Positions 20,093 through 28,022 of a DNA stretch of 64,000 nt are shown here, in pieces. Numbering within the stretch: position 1 is the stretch's first letter; every line of letters begins with the position of its first letter. The notes beneath the pieces were generated by a model. It ran no database searches. It saw only the letters and a program-made list of their open reading frames with translations, and was not told where the DNA came from. The stretch comes from Acutalibacteraceae bacterium (GTDB lineage Bacteria; Bacillota; Clostridia; Christensenellales; CAG-138): the NCBI GenBank assembly GCA_963640685.1, contig CAVIAA010000001.1:2395-66394 (forward strand). Direction: 5' to 3'. A program made the translations under genes and the position numbers.

Positions 20093-21391
20093 ATGAGGGA
20101 GCTTCCGCAAAAATTTACAGACCGTATGGCGGGGCTGCTCGGCAACGAGCTTGCGGACTTTTTGGATAGCTATGAGCAGCCGCCGGTCCGCGGCATACGG
20201 GCAAACCTGCTGAAGACCAGCCCAAGCGAGCTTAAGGGGCTTCTTTCGTGTGAGCTCGAGCCATCGAAAACGCTTGAGGAGGGCTTCGTGCTGCGGGGCG
20301 AGGCAGAGGGGCTGGGCAGCGATCCGTACCACATCGCGGGGCTTTTCTACATACAGGAGCCATCGGCTATGGCGCCCATAGCCGCAGCTGAGATACAGCC
20401 CGGGATGAGGGTGCTGGATCTATGCGCCGCCCCCGGCGGCAAAAGCGGCGGCATAGCGGCGCGGCTGGGCGGCAGCGGGCTGCTGGTCGCAAACGAGATA
20501 GTCCCAAACAGGGCAAAAACGCTGTGCTTTACCCTTGAGCGGCTGGGCGTTACAAACGCCGCCGTCACCTGCGCTCACCCAGAGGCCATTGCAGAGGCGC
20601 TGCCGGGCTATTTTGACAGGGTGATAGTGGATGCACCCTGCAGCGGCGAGGGAATGTTCCGCAAGGATGAGAACGCAATAGCCGAGTGGTCGGAGGAGCA
20701 TGTGATTTCCTGCGCCGCGCGGCAGAGGGCTATACTTTGCAGCGCATATAAGGCGCTTCGCCCCGGCGGGAAGCTGATATACTCCACCTGCACGTTTTCG
20801 CGTGAGGAAAACGAGGACAATGTCGAGTGGCTTACGCGGGAATTTCCGGATATGGAGGCTGAGCTCATGGAGCGGCTGTACCCGCACAGGTGCGCCGGAG
20901 AGGGGCATTTTGCCGCCCGGCTTAAAAAGACCGGCGAGGGAGAGGAGCCGCAGCGCGGCATGAAGCTGTTTCCATGCCGGGAGAAGGGGTATTCCAGCTT
21001 TTTGGAGAGCACATTTATCCTACCGCCGGCCGGTGAACCGTATATACTTAAGGACGGGCGGGTGCTGCTAATCGGCAATGAGCTGCCTGAGGGGCTTTCA
21101 AAGCTCAGGGTGCTGTCTGCCGGCGTTCACGCGGGTGATATGATAAAGGGGCGCCTTGAACCCTCACACAGCCTTTTTATGGCTGCCCACGGCGGAAAAT
21201 ACCGCGGCTGCATCAGCCTTATGCCGAATGACGCGGCGCTCGCTGCCTTTTTGCGCGGCAATACGATAGATGCCTCGAATGAGCTTTCGGGTTACCTGCC
21301 GGTGTGCGTAAACGGCTTCCCTGTGGGTTTTGGCAAGGCCGTCGGCGGTACGGTCAAGAACCATATCCCAAAGGGGCTCAGGATTATGTGA
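20093..21391 (+). CDS. rRNA cytosine-C5 methyltransferase, RsmB/RsmF (NOL1/NOP2/Sun) family
   Basis: SAM motif VLDLCAAPGGKS and catalytic motifs DAPCSGEGMFRK and YSTCT. Confidence 0.85.
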   Translation: MRELPQKFTDRMAGLLGNELADFLDSYEQPPVRGIRANLLKTSPSELKGLLSCELEPSKTLEEGFVLRGEAEGLGSDPYHIAGLFYIQEPSAMAPIAAAEIQPGMRVLDLCAAPGGKSGGIAARLGGSGLLVANEIVPNRAKTLCFTLERLGVTNAAVTCAHPEAIAEALPGYFDRVIVDAPCSGEGMFRKDENAIAEWSEEHVISCAARQRAILCSAYKALRPGGKLIYSTCTFSREENEDNVEWLTREFPDMEAELMERLYPHRCAGEGHFAARLKKTGEGEEPQRGMKLFPCREKGYSSFLESTFILPPAGEPYILKDGRVLLIGNELPEGLSKLRVLSAGVHAGDMIKGRLEPSHSLFMAAHGGKYRGCISLMPNDAALAAFLRGNTIDASNELSGYLPVCVNGFPVGFGKAVGGTVKNHIPKGLRIM

Positions 21392-21484
21392 TTAAGGTTT
21401 TATTAAATACGGCGATATACTATTGAATTTTAGCGAATATAGTAATAAAGTAATGCCGTAACGAAATGAACGGAGGATATTATC

Positions 21485-21814
21485 ATGGAAAATGCAAACC
21501 TCAATAACGATGTCGAAAAATACCGCAACATAGCGGCGCTGAGCTATGTTATAATGCCGCTCGCCGTTGTGATGCTGATACTGGATAAGGAGTCCAACTA
21601 CATCCGCCATCATGCAAATCAGGTGCTCTGCCTCTTTTTGTGGTTCGCGGCGGCTAGCGTAGTTGCGATAATACCCATACTCGGATGGATAGCCTGCGCG
21701 GTCGCAGTGGTTGCGGGCGTGGTGTTCATGGTAATGGCGGTCATTCGCACCTGCAAGCGGGAATACTACGAAATACCCTTGATAGGCAAGATAAGGTTCA
21801 TACCGGAAGCATAA
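21485..21814 (+). CDS. DUF4870-like small membrane protein
   Basis: 109 aa with 2-3 TM segments. The ...LDKESNYIRHHANQVLCLFLW... pattern is typical of that family. Confidence 0.6.
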   Translation: MENANLNNDVEKYRNIAALSYVIMPLAVVMLILDKESNYIRHHANQVLCLFLWFAAASVVAIIPILGWIACAVAVVAGVVFMVMAVIRTCKREYYEIPLIGKIRFIPEA

Positions 21815-21826
21815 CAGGTGTACTGT

Positions 21827-21856
21827 GCGGGGGCTTGACAAAGCCCCTGCTTTTTT
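21827..21856 (+). terminator. Intrinsic terminator
   Basis: GCGGGGGCTT-gaca-AAGCCCCTGC followed by TTTTTT. Confidence 0.8.
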
Positions 21857-21869
21857 ATACAATCAGAGA

Positions 21870-22110
21870 CAATATAGCGATGACGAAGAGGAGTATGCGC
21901 TTATTCCGCACAAGAGAGACGGCTCCGCCGGCTGAGAGGGCTGTTTGCATGAAAGGCGCAGAAGGTCGCTTCCGAGCTTCGGAGATGAACAAACAGTAGT
22001 TTCCGGCGGCCTCGCCACGTTACGGCGAAGGAGAGGGGCGCTCAGCGCCCAATAAAGGTGGTACCGCGGGTCCGCTCGTCCTTTAAAAAATGGGACGGAG
22101 CGGGCTTTTT
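21870..22110 (+). promoter_or_regulatory. T-box leader (tRNA-Val sensing) upstream of valS
   Basis: Stem I opening GCGATGACGAAGAGGAGTA (21877..). Specifier region GCGCAGAAG-GUC-G-CUUCCGAGC, with GUC at 21965..21967. T-box sequence AATAAAGGTGGTACCGCGG at 22051..22069. Terminator GTCCGCTCGTCC...GGACGGAGCGGGC plus TTTTT. Confidence 0.85.
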
Positions 22111-22149
22111 ATTGCAAATTATTTCATTGGTGATACAGGAGGAAAACAC

Positions 22150-24792
22150 ATGAGCAAAGAGCTGCCTAAGACCTACGACCATTCCGACGTGGAAAGCAGG
22201 CTTTATGAGGCATGGGAAAGCAAGGGCTACTTCCATGCCGAGGCGAACCCTAAGAAGGATCCGTACTGCATAGTTATGCCGCCGCCAAACATAACCGGCA
22301 AGCTGCATATGGGACATGCGCTGGACAATACCCTTCAGGATTCCATAATACGCTATAAGCGCATGAACGGCTTTGAAACGCTGTGGCTGCCGGGAACGGA
22401 CCACGCCTCCATAGCTACCGAGGTCAAGATAGTTACCGAGATGGCAAAGGAGGGCATCGACAAGCGGGATATAGGCCGCGAGGCGTTCCTTAAGAGGGCG
22501 TGGGAATGGCGGCGTGAATACGGCGGAACCATAGTTAAGCAGCTGCGCAAGATGGGCTCCTCGTGCGACTGGGAGCGTGAACGCTTTACGATGGACGAGG
22601 GCTGCAACAGAGCGGTAACCAAGGTGTTCGTCGACCTGTACAAAGAAGGACTCATATATCGCGACGACCGCATAATAAACTGGTGCCCGGTCTGCCAAAC
22701 CGCGCTTTCGGATGCGGAGGTGGAATACGAGGAGCAGGCCAGCCACCTTTGGCACGTTCGCTACGACGCGCCGGATGAGAGCTATTCGATAACCTGCGCG
22801 ACCACCCGCCCCGAGACGATACCCGGCGACACGGCCATAGCCGTGAACCCCGAGGATGAGCGGTATAAGGATCTCGTCGGCAAGACCGTCATAGTGCCGG
22901 TCGTCGGCCGCGAGATACCAATAGTCGCCGATGAATACGTTGAAAAGGAGTTCGGCTCCGGCGCGGTCAAGATCACCCCCTGCCACGACCCGAACGACTT
23001 TGAGGTGGGCGTAAGGCACGGCCTGCCCCGCATAAGGGTGTTTACCGACGACGGACACCTGAACGAGCTGGGCGCACCGTATACCGGCATGACCACTATG
23101 GAGTGCCGCAAGGCTATCGTTGCCGATATGGAAAAGAGCGGCAACCTCGTTAAAATAGAGGACTACACGCACAACGTCGGCGTTTGCTACCGCTGCCACA
23201 ACACCGTTGAGCCGCTGACCAGCCTGCAGTGGTTCGTGAGCATGAAGCCGCTTGCAAAGGAGGCGATAAGGGTCGTTGAGGAGGGCGAGGTCAAGTTCGT
23301 TCCGGAGCGGTTCAACAAGACCTACTTCAACTGGATGTATAACATCAGGGATTGGTGTATTTCGCGCCAGCTCTGGTGGGGACACAGAATACCGGCATAT
23401 TACTGCGAGAACCCGTCCTGCGGCCATATCGAGGTAACGCTGGACGAGCCCAAGACCTGCCCCGTATGCGGCGGAAGGGTGCATCAGGATGAGGACGTGC
23501 TGGATACATGGTTCAGCTCCGGAATGTGGCCGTTCTCGACCTTGGGCTGGCCGGATGAAACGCCGGAGCTCAAGTATTTCTACCCGACCAGCACGCTGGT
23601 CACCGGCTATGACATAATCTTCTTCTGGGTAGCCCGAATGATAGTTTTCGGCACCAAGGTAATGGGCAAAATACCATTTGATACCGTGTATGTGCACGGC
23701 ATAGTGAGGGATGAGCTGGGCAGGAAGATGTCCAAGTCGCTCGGCAACGGCATTGACCCGCTGGAGATAATCAAGGACTACGGCGCGGATTCACTCCGCT
23801 TCAGCCTTGTTACAGGCAACAGCGCGGGCAACGATATGCGCTTCTCCAATAAAAAGGTCGAGGCAGCGCGCAACTTCTGCAACAAGGTATACAATGCCTC
23901 CCGCTTCGTGCTGATGAACATCGGCGATGAGGGCGTTGGCGAAATAGACATGGATAAGCTGGATATAGCGGATAAGTGGATACTGCACCGGCTGAATACT
24001 GTTGCGGGCGAGGTCACGGCGAACATGGACGGCTTTGAGCTGAATGTTGCGGCGCAGAAGGTATACGACTTCATATGGACGGAGTTCTGTGACTGGTACA
24101 TCGAGATGGCCAAGCCGAGGCTCTACGGTGAGGACGAGGGCGCAAAGGCCAACGTTCGGGCGATACTCGTAAGGGTGCTGGGCGATGCAATGAAGCTGCT
24201 GCATCCCTTCATGCCGTTCATAACAGAGGAGCTGTATCAGAGCCTGCCCAATGCGGAGGAGACCATAATGCGGGCAAGCTGGCCCAAGTATACCGAGGCG
24301 TTTGAGTTCGCAGCGGAGGCAGCCGAGATGGAGGGCGTTATGGATGTGATACGCTCCATAAGGAACCTGCGGGCGGAGATGAACGTTCCCCCGGCAAGGC
24401 GTACAGCAGTTTATATGGTCACCCCCGCAGAAAACGCCGCTGCATTTGAAATGGCCAAGGCATACCTTATGAAGCTCGCGGGAGCGGAGAGCGTGACCGT
24501 TCAGCAGGATAAGAACGGCATACCCAAGGGCGCCGTGAACGCCGTGTGTGCTATGGGCGAGGCGTTCATACCGCTGGATCAGCTCATCGACATAGACAAG
24601 GAGATCGAGCGGGTAAGCAAGGAGATAGCCAAAATGCAGGGCGAGGTTGCAAGGGCAGAGGGCAAGCTCAATAACCCGGGCTTCGTTGCAAAGGCGCCGG
24701 AAAAGGTCATAAACGAGGAGAAGGAAAAGCTTGCCGTTGCAAGAGAAATGCTCTCAAAGCTCGAGCATCGCCTTGCGGAGCTGCAAAAATAA
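22150..24792 (+). CDS. valS: Valine--tRNA ligase
   Basis: HIGH-type motif PPPNITGKLHMGHAL, KMSKS present, and a C-terminal coiled coil. Start is the ATG at 22150 after AGGAGGA. The upstream part of the track ORF lies inside the T-box terminator. Confidence 0.97.
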   Translation: MSKELPKTYDHSDVESRLYEAWESKGYFHAEANPKKDPYCIVMPPPNITGKLHMGHALDNTLQDSIIRYKRMNGFETLWLPGTDHASIATEVKIVTEMAKEGIDKRDIGREAFLKRAWEWRREYGGTIVKQLRKMGSSCDWERERFTMDEGCNRAVTKVFVDLYKEGLIYRDDRIINWCPVCQTALSDAEVEYEEQASHLWHVRYDAPDESYSITCATTRPETIPGDTAIAVNPEDERYKDLVGKTVIVPVVGREIPIVADEYVEKEFGSGAVKITPCHDPNDFEVGVRHGLPRIRVFTDDGHLNELGAPYTGMTTMECRKAIVADMEKSGNLVKIEDYTHNVGVCYRCHNTVEPLTSLQWFVSMKPLAKEAIRVVEEGEVKFVPERFNKTYFNWMYNIRDWCISRQLWWGHRIPAYYCENPSCGHIEVTLDEPKTCPVCGGRVHQDEDVLDTWFSSGMWPFSTLGWPDETPELKYFYPTSTLVTGYDIIFFWVARMIVFGTKVMGKIPFDTVYVHGIVRDELGRKMSKSLGNGIDPLEIIKDYGADSLRFSLVTGNSAGNDMRFSNKKVEAARNFCNKVYNASRFVLMNIGDEGVGEIDMDKLDIADKWILHRLNTVAGEVTANMDGFELNVAAQKVYDFIWTEFCDWYIEMAKPRLYGEDEGAKANVRAILVRVLGDAMKLLHPFMPFITEELYQSLPNAEETIMRASWPKYTEAFEFAAEAAEMEGVMDVIRSIRNLRAEMNVPPARRTAVYMVTPAENAAAFEMAKAYLMKLAGAESVTVQQDKNGIPKGAVNAVCAMGEAFIPLDQLIDIDKEIERVSKEIAKMQGEVARAEGKLNNPGFVAKAPEKVINEEKEKLAVAREMLSKLEHRLAELQK

Positions 24793-24796
24793 ACAG

Positions 24797-25375
24797 ATGA
24801 GCGTACTTGAGATATTCATACTTGCGGTCGGCCTTTCAATGGATGCCTTTGCAGTGTCCGTGTGCAAGGGACTTGCAATGGAGCGCATTGACCTGAAAAA
24901 GGCGGGCATAGTCGGCTTGTGGTTCGGCGGCTTTCAGGCGCTGATGCCGATGATAGGCCATTTTATCGGCACGCGCTTCAGCAGCATGATACAGTCGGTG
25001 GATCACTGGGTGGCGTTTATACTGCTGGCGCTGATAGGTATAAACATGGTGCGGGAATCCTTTGCAAAGGACGACGAGGAGGCGGAGAGCGGCTCTCTGG
25101 CCTTTAAGACGATGCTCATGATGGCTGTTGCAACCAGCATAGATGCGCTTGCGGTGGGCATATCCTTTGCCTTTCTTTCGGTCAACATAGTAAGCGCCGC
25201 GCTCATGATAGGCTGTACGACCTGCGCCATATCGATGGCAGGCGTAAAGGTCGGCAGCGTGTTCGGAACGAGATATAAGGCCAAGGCAGAGCTTATAGGC
25301 GGCATAATACTTATACTGCTGGGGCTGAAAATACTGCTGGAGCACACGGGAGCGCTTTCTGCCATAATCGGCTGA
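24797..25375 (+). CDS. mntP: Manganese efflux pump MntP
   Basis: MSVLEIFILAVGLSMDAFAVS..., with the internal repeat ...VATSIDALAVGISF. Start is the ATG at 24797, 4 nt after the valS stop. Confidence 0.85.
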   Translation: MSVLEIFILAVGLSMDAFAVSVCKGLAMERIDLKKAGIVGLWFGGFQALMPMIGHFIGTRFSSMIQSVDHWVAFILLALIGINMVRESFAKDDEEAESGSLAFKTMLMMAVATSIDALAVGISFAFLSVNIVSAALMIGCTTCAISMAGVKVGSVFGTRYKAKAELIGGIILILLGLKILLEHTGALSAIIG

Positions 25376-25400
25376 CCTTATGACCCGAATGTTAACTTTT

Positions 25401-25436
25401 GCCTGTCAACAGCCCTATTTGTTGACAGGCTTTTTT
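25401..25436 (+). terminator. Intrinsic terminator after mntP
   Basis: GCCTGTCAAC-agccctattt-GTTGACAGGC followed by TTTTTT. Confidence 0.85.
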
Positions 25437-25450
25437 ATGGGAATTATAAT
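25422..25450 (+). promoter_or_regulatory. Consensus sigma-A promoter placed for a leaderless transcript
   Basis: TTGACA (25422..25427), 17-nt spacer, TATAAT (25445..25450). The ATG at 25457 is only 6 nt after the -10 box, and there is no RBS. Confidence 0.6.
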
Positions 25451-25456
25451 CAAGGC

Positions 25457-26365
25457 ATGAATCGCGAAGAGCTTGACCGTAAAGCGGCGAGGGCGAAGGA
25501 TCGCCGTATATATCATATTTGCTCGGCAAAGAGGGCTGCTGCGGCGCTTATGGCGGCGGGTCTTCTCTGCTCTGCTGGCTGCGCCAAAAAGCAGGCCGCA
25601 GAGGACGACACCTATGTAATGGTGGATATAGGCTACTTCAACGAGGAGAACTACGGCGACGACACAACGTTCGTTGCGATAACCGGCGGGTTTTCAACGC
25701 CGGAGCCTGCGGTAACGCCTGTTCCGACGCCGGAGCCAACGGCAAAGCCGCGCAGCACAAAAAAACCGAGCAGCACCGCAAAGGCGGACAAAAAAGAAGA
25801 GACAAAGAAGGAAGAAAAAAAGACCGAGGAGGAGAAGGCCGAGGCTACGCCAACGCCTGAGCCGAAGAAAAAGACCCCATATTACAGTAGCTACACCAGG
25901 CAGTCGCTTTCATATGAGAGCGGTTCGTCTGCTGTGAGCTTTGAGACGACCACATTTGACGGCAGCAGCGTCAGTGAGAGCATCTTCAGCAAGAGTTTTG
26001 TCACCATGATAAACATATGGACGACTACCTGAGCGTCCTGCATGCAAGAGATGGGTGATCTCTCAGAACTCGCAAAGGAATATAGCGGCAGCGGCTTCAG
26101 GATATATGGCCTTGCGGCGGATGTTACGCCGGATTCCTCAACGCTTATAGCCAGCGCAAAAGCCCTGTTTGAATCGGCAGGGGGCAGCCATACCAACCTT
26201 ACCTGCAGCACCAGCGCCCGCAGGGCGATGATGGACGGCGTGAGCGTCGTGCCCACGACCAAGTTTTATGACTCGGAGGGCAAGCTCATAACCGTCGTTC
26301 ACGGCGCAAAGAGCAAGCAAAAATGGATAGATATAATTGAGACGGTGATGAATGAAAAAGCGTAG
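25457..26365 (+). CDS. Exported TlpA/ResA-like thioredoxin-fold protein; candidate selenoprotein with a UxxC redox motif (UGA 26030..26032 read as Sec)
   Basis: Track ORFs 25457..26032 and 26042..26365 share one frame. Read-through gives MINIWTTT-U-ASC-MQEMGDLSELAKEY, in register with the NFWATWCxPCxxEMP consensus. The C-terminal half carries VVPTTKFYDSEGKLI. The N-terminus has a signal anchor (AAAALMAAGLLCSAGC) and a PT/KE-rich linker. Confidence 0.7.
26047..26063 (+). promoter_or_regulatory. SECIS-like hairpin downstream of UGA 26030
   Basis: AGAGAU-GGGUG-AUCUCU: a 6-bp stem starting 14 nt after the UGA, with a 5-nt loop starting with G. Confidence 0.6.
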
Positions 26366-26492
26366 TATTATTTCTCTTGCAATAGCAGCGGTGGGCTTGA
26401 CCTTTATCGTCATAGGCGCGGTAAGGGGCGAGGCTGGTGCCGTTATGCAGAAGGCTGTAATGATATGCATGGAGTGTATAGGCCTTGGATAA
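26352..26492 (+). CDS. 46-aa single-TM micro-protein with a C-terminal CxxC (resembles, from memory, the 'CD1871A-family CXXC' small proteins)
   Basis: Absent from the ORF track because it is under 60 aa. Translation: MKKRSIISLAIAAVGLTFIVIGAVRGEAGAVMQKAVMICMECIGLG. It overlaps the upstream stop by 14 nt and the downstream start by 8 nt. Confidence 0.65.
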   Translation: MKKRSIISLAIAAVGLTFIVIGAVRGEAGAVMQKAVMICMECIGLG

Positions 26493-27411
26493 GAAAAAGA
26501 GCAAAAAAAACAAAAATAACCACCCCTTTTTAAGGGCGAGGACCTACTTTCAGGCCTGCTGGACGCTGCTTACAAACAGCTATGCCTCAGGCTTTATAAA
26601 CGGAACGATATATCAGGGCGGAGTTAAAAGCGTGTGCGTGCCCGGGCTGAACTGCTATTCCTGCCCCGGCGCGTGGGGCGCCTGCCCGCTGGGCTCGCTG
26701 CAGAACGCACTTGCGGGCAGGGTGCAGGGCTTCCCGTTTTACGTCGTAGGGACGCTGATAACGATAGGCGCGCTGCTGGGCAGGATAGTCTGCGGCTGGC
26801 TGTGCCCGTTCGGCCTCGTGCAGGATCTTCTGTTCAAGCTGCCGCCAAAGCGGAAAATACGCGCGCTGCCCGGCGAAAGATATCTGCGCAAGCTGCGCTA
26901 TGTGATACTCGTAGTCATGTGCATACTGCTGCCGATGCTGGTAAAAACATCCTACGGCCTCGGTATGCCGTGGTTCTGCAAGTGGATATGCCCCTCAGGA
27001 ACGCTGCTGGGCGGCCTGCCGCTCTTTGCGCTGAACGAGAGCCTGCGCAGCGCTGTCGGCTGGCTGTTCAGCTGGAAGCTGTTCCTGCTGGTCGTGATAC
27101 TGCTATGCTCTGCGCTCATGTTTAGGCCGTTCTGCCGGTATCTGTGCCCTCTCGGCGCGATATACGGGCTTATGAACCCCGTGTCCCTCGTAAGGATGCG
27201 GGTGAGCAGGAGCCGCTGCACGCAGTGCGGCGCCTGCCAGCGTGCCTGTGGGCTGGATATACCGGTATACAAGGAGCCTAACTCGACCGACTGCATACGC
27301 TGTGGAAAGTGCGTCACGGTATGCCCGAGCAGCGCGCTGAAGCTGAACGTTGAGCTGAAGGGCAGGCGCAAGCGCAGGCGTACTGCCGAGGAGAGCGCGG
27401 ATGAGGTATGA
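26485..27411 (+). CDS. NapH/YccM-like membrane polyferredoxin (4Fe-4S binding protein)
   Basis: Four CxxCP/Cx3CP motifs (CYSCP, CGWLCP, CKWICP, CRYLCP) between TM segments. Two ferredoxin motifs follow: CTQCGACQRAC and CIRCGKCVTVCP. The TTG start is 8 nt after GGAGTG. Confidence 0.8.
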   Translation: MDKKKSKKNKNNHPFLRARTYFQACWTLLTNSYASGFINGTIYQGGVKSVCVPGLNCYSCPGAWGACPLGSLQNALAGRVQGFPFYVVGTLITIGALLGRIVCGWLCPFGLVQDLLFKLPPKRKIRALPGERYLRKLRYVILVVMCILLPMLVKTSYGLGMPWFCKWICPSGTLLGGLPLFALNESLRSAVGWLFSWKLFLLVVILLCSALMFRPFCRYLCPLGAIYGLMNPVSLVRMRVSRSRCTQCGACQRACGLDIPVYKEPNSTDCIRCGKCVTVCPSSALKLNVELKGRRKRRRTAEESADEV

Positions 27412-27952
27412 GCCGGAGCTGATACGCCTTAAGAACAGAAGCTACGGCGTGCTCCGCAGCCCGAGCCCGGCTGAGGGCGGCAGAGTGCTGGAGCTGATGC
27501 GGGCCTGCACCGCCGAAACCGAGTACCTTATAGAATATCCGGATGAGATAAGCCATAGCGACGAGAGCGAGGCTGCGCTTATATTTGCAGCCGGCGAATC
27601 AGCGGGCAGGCTGCTCATCGTTTGCGATATCGAGGGTGAGCTTGCAGGGCTCTGCTCGCTCAGCTGCGATGGGATCACGAAGTTCAAAATAAGGCACCGC
27701 GCCGCGGCCGGCATATGCATATTAAAAAAATACTGGGGCATAGGCATTGGCAGGGCGATGATGAGCGCAATAGAGGCGCAGGCCAAAGCGGCGGGGCTTA
27801 GCCAGCTCGAGCTGGAGCTTATAGAGGGCAACGAAAGGGCAATGGGGCTTTATTCCGCACTTGGCTACCACGAGACCGGAGCGCTGCCAAATGCGATACG
27901 CACAAGAGATGGCAGGAGCCTCAGCCTGTACACTATGATAAAGCAAATATAA
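27401..27952 (+). CDS. GNAT family N-acetyltransferase
   Basis: Acetyl-CoA motif ILKKYWGIGIGRAMM...NERAMGLYSALGY. It overlaps the upstream gene by 11 nt. Confidence 0.8.
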   Translation: MRYEPELIRLKNRSYGVLRSPSPAEGGRVLELMRACTAETEYLIEYPDEISHSDESEAALIFAAGESAGRLLIVCDIEGELAGLCSLSCDGITKFKIRHRAAAGICILKKYWGIGIGRAMMSAIEAQAKAAGLSQLELELIEGNERAMGLYSALGYHETGALPNAIRTRDGRSLSLYTMIKQI

Positions 27953-28006
27953 AAACCCCCGTTTGTCAGCCGGCAATGCATGTTGGCCGGTAAACGGGGG
28001 AGTTTT
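27951..28006. terminator. Bidirectional compound terminator
   Basis: AAAAACCCCCGTTT...CCGGC..GCCGG...AAACGGGGGAGTTTTT between convergent genes. Confidence 0.8.
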
Positions 28007-28022
28007 TATACCAGAGCGAGCC

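Noticed and set aside
22042-23697. 551-aa minus-strand ORF.
   Set aside because: It is antisense to valS and the T-box, so it is a shadow ORF.
24731-24796. 5' extension of mntP overlapping valS.
   Set aside because: The extension lies inside the valS coding end. The conserved MntP N-terminus begins at ATG 24797.
25703-25862. Repetitive-looking PT- and KE-rich coding stretch, considered as a tandem repeat or CRISPR-like array.
   Set aside because: It is low-complexity linker coding sequence (TPEPAVTPVPTPEPTAKP...KKEETKKEEKKTEEEK) without exact DNA repeats or spacers.
25457-26365. Reading the two same-frame ORFs as a nonsense-mutated pseudogene.
   Set aside because: The stop is specifically TGA and sits exactly on the first redox Cys column. 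A SECIS-like hairpin follows at the same spacing as in selD, and the downstream frame stays open with intact fold motifs. Sec recoding is the better explanation, though it is unproven.
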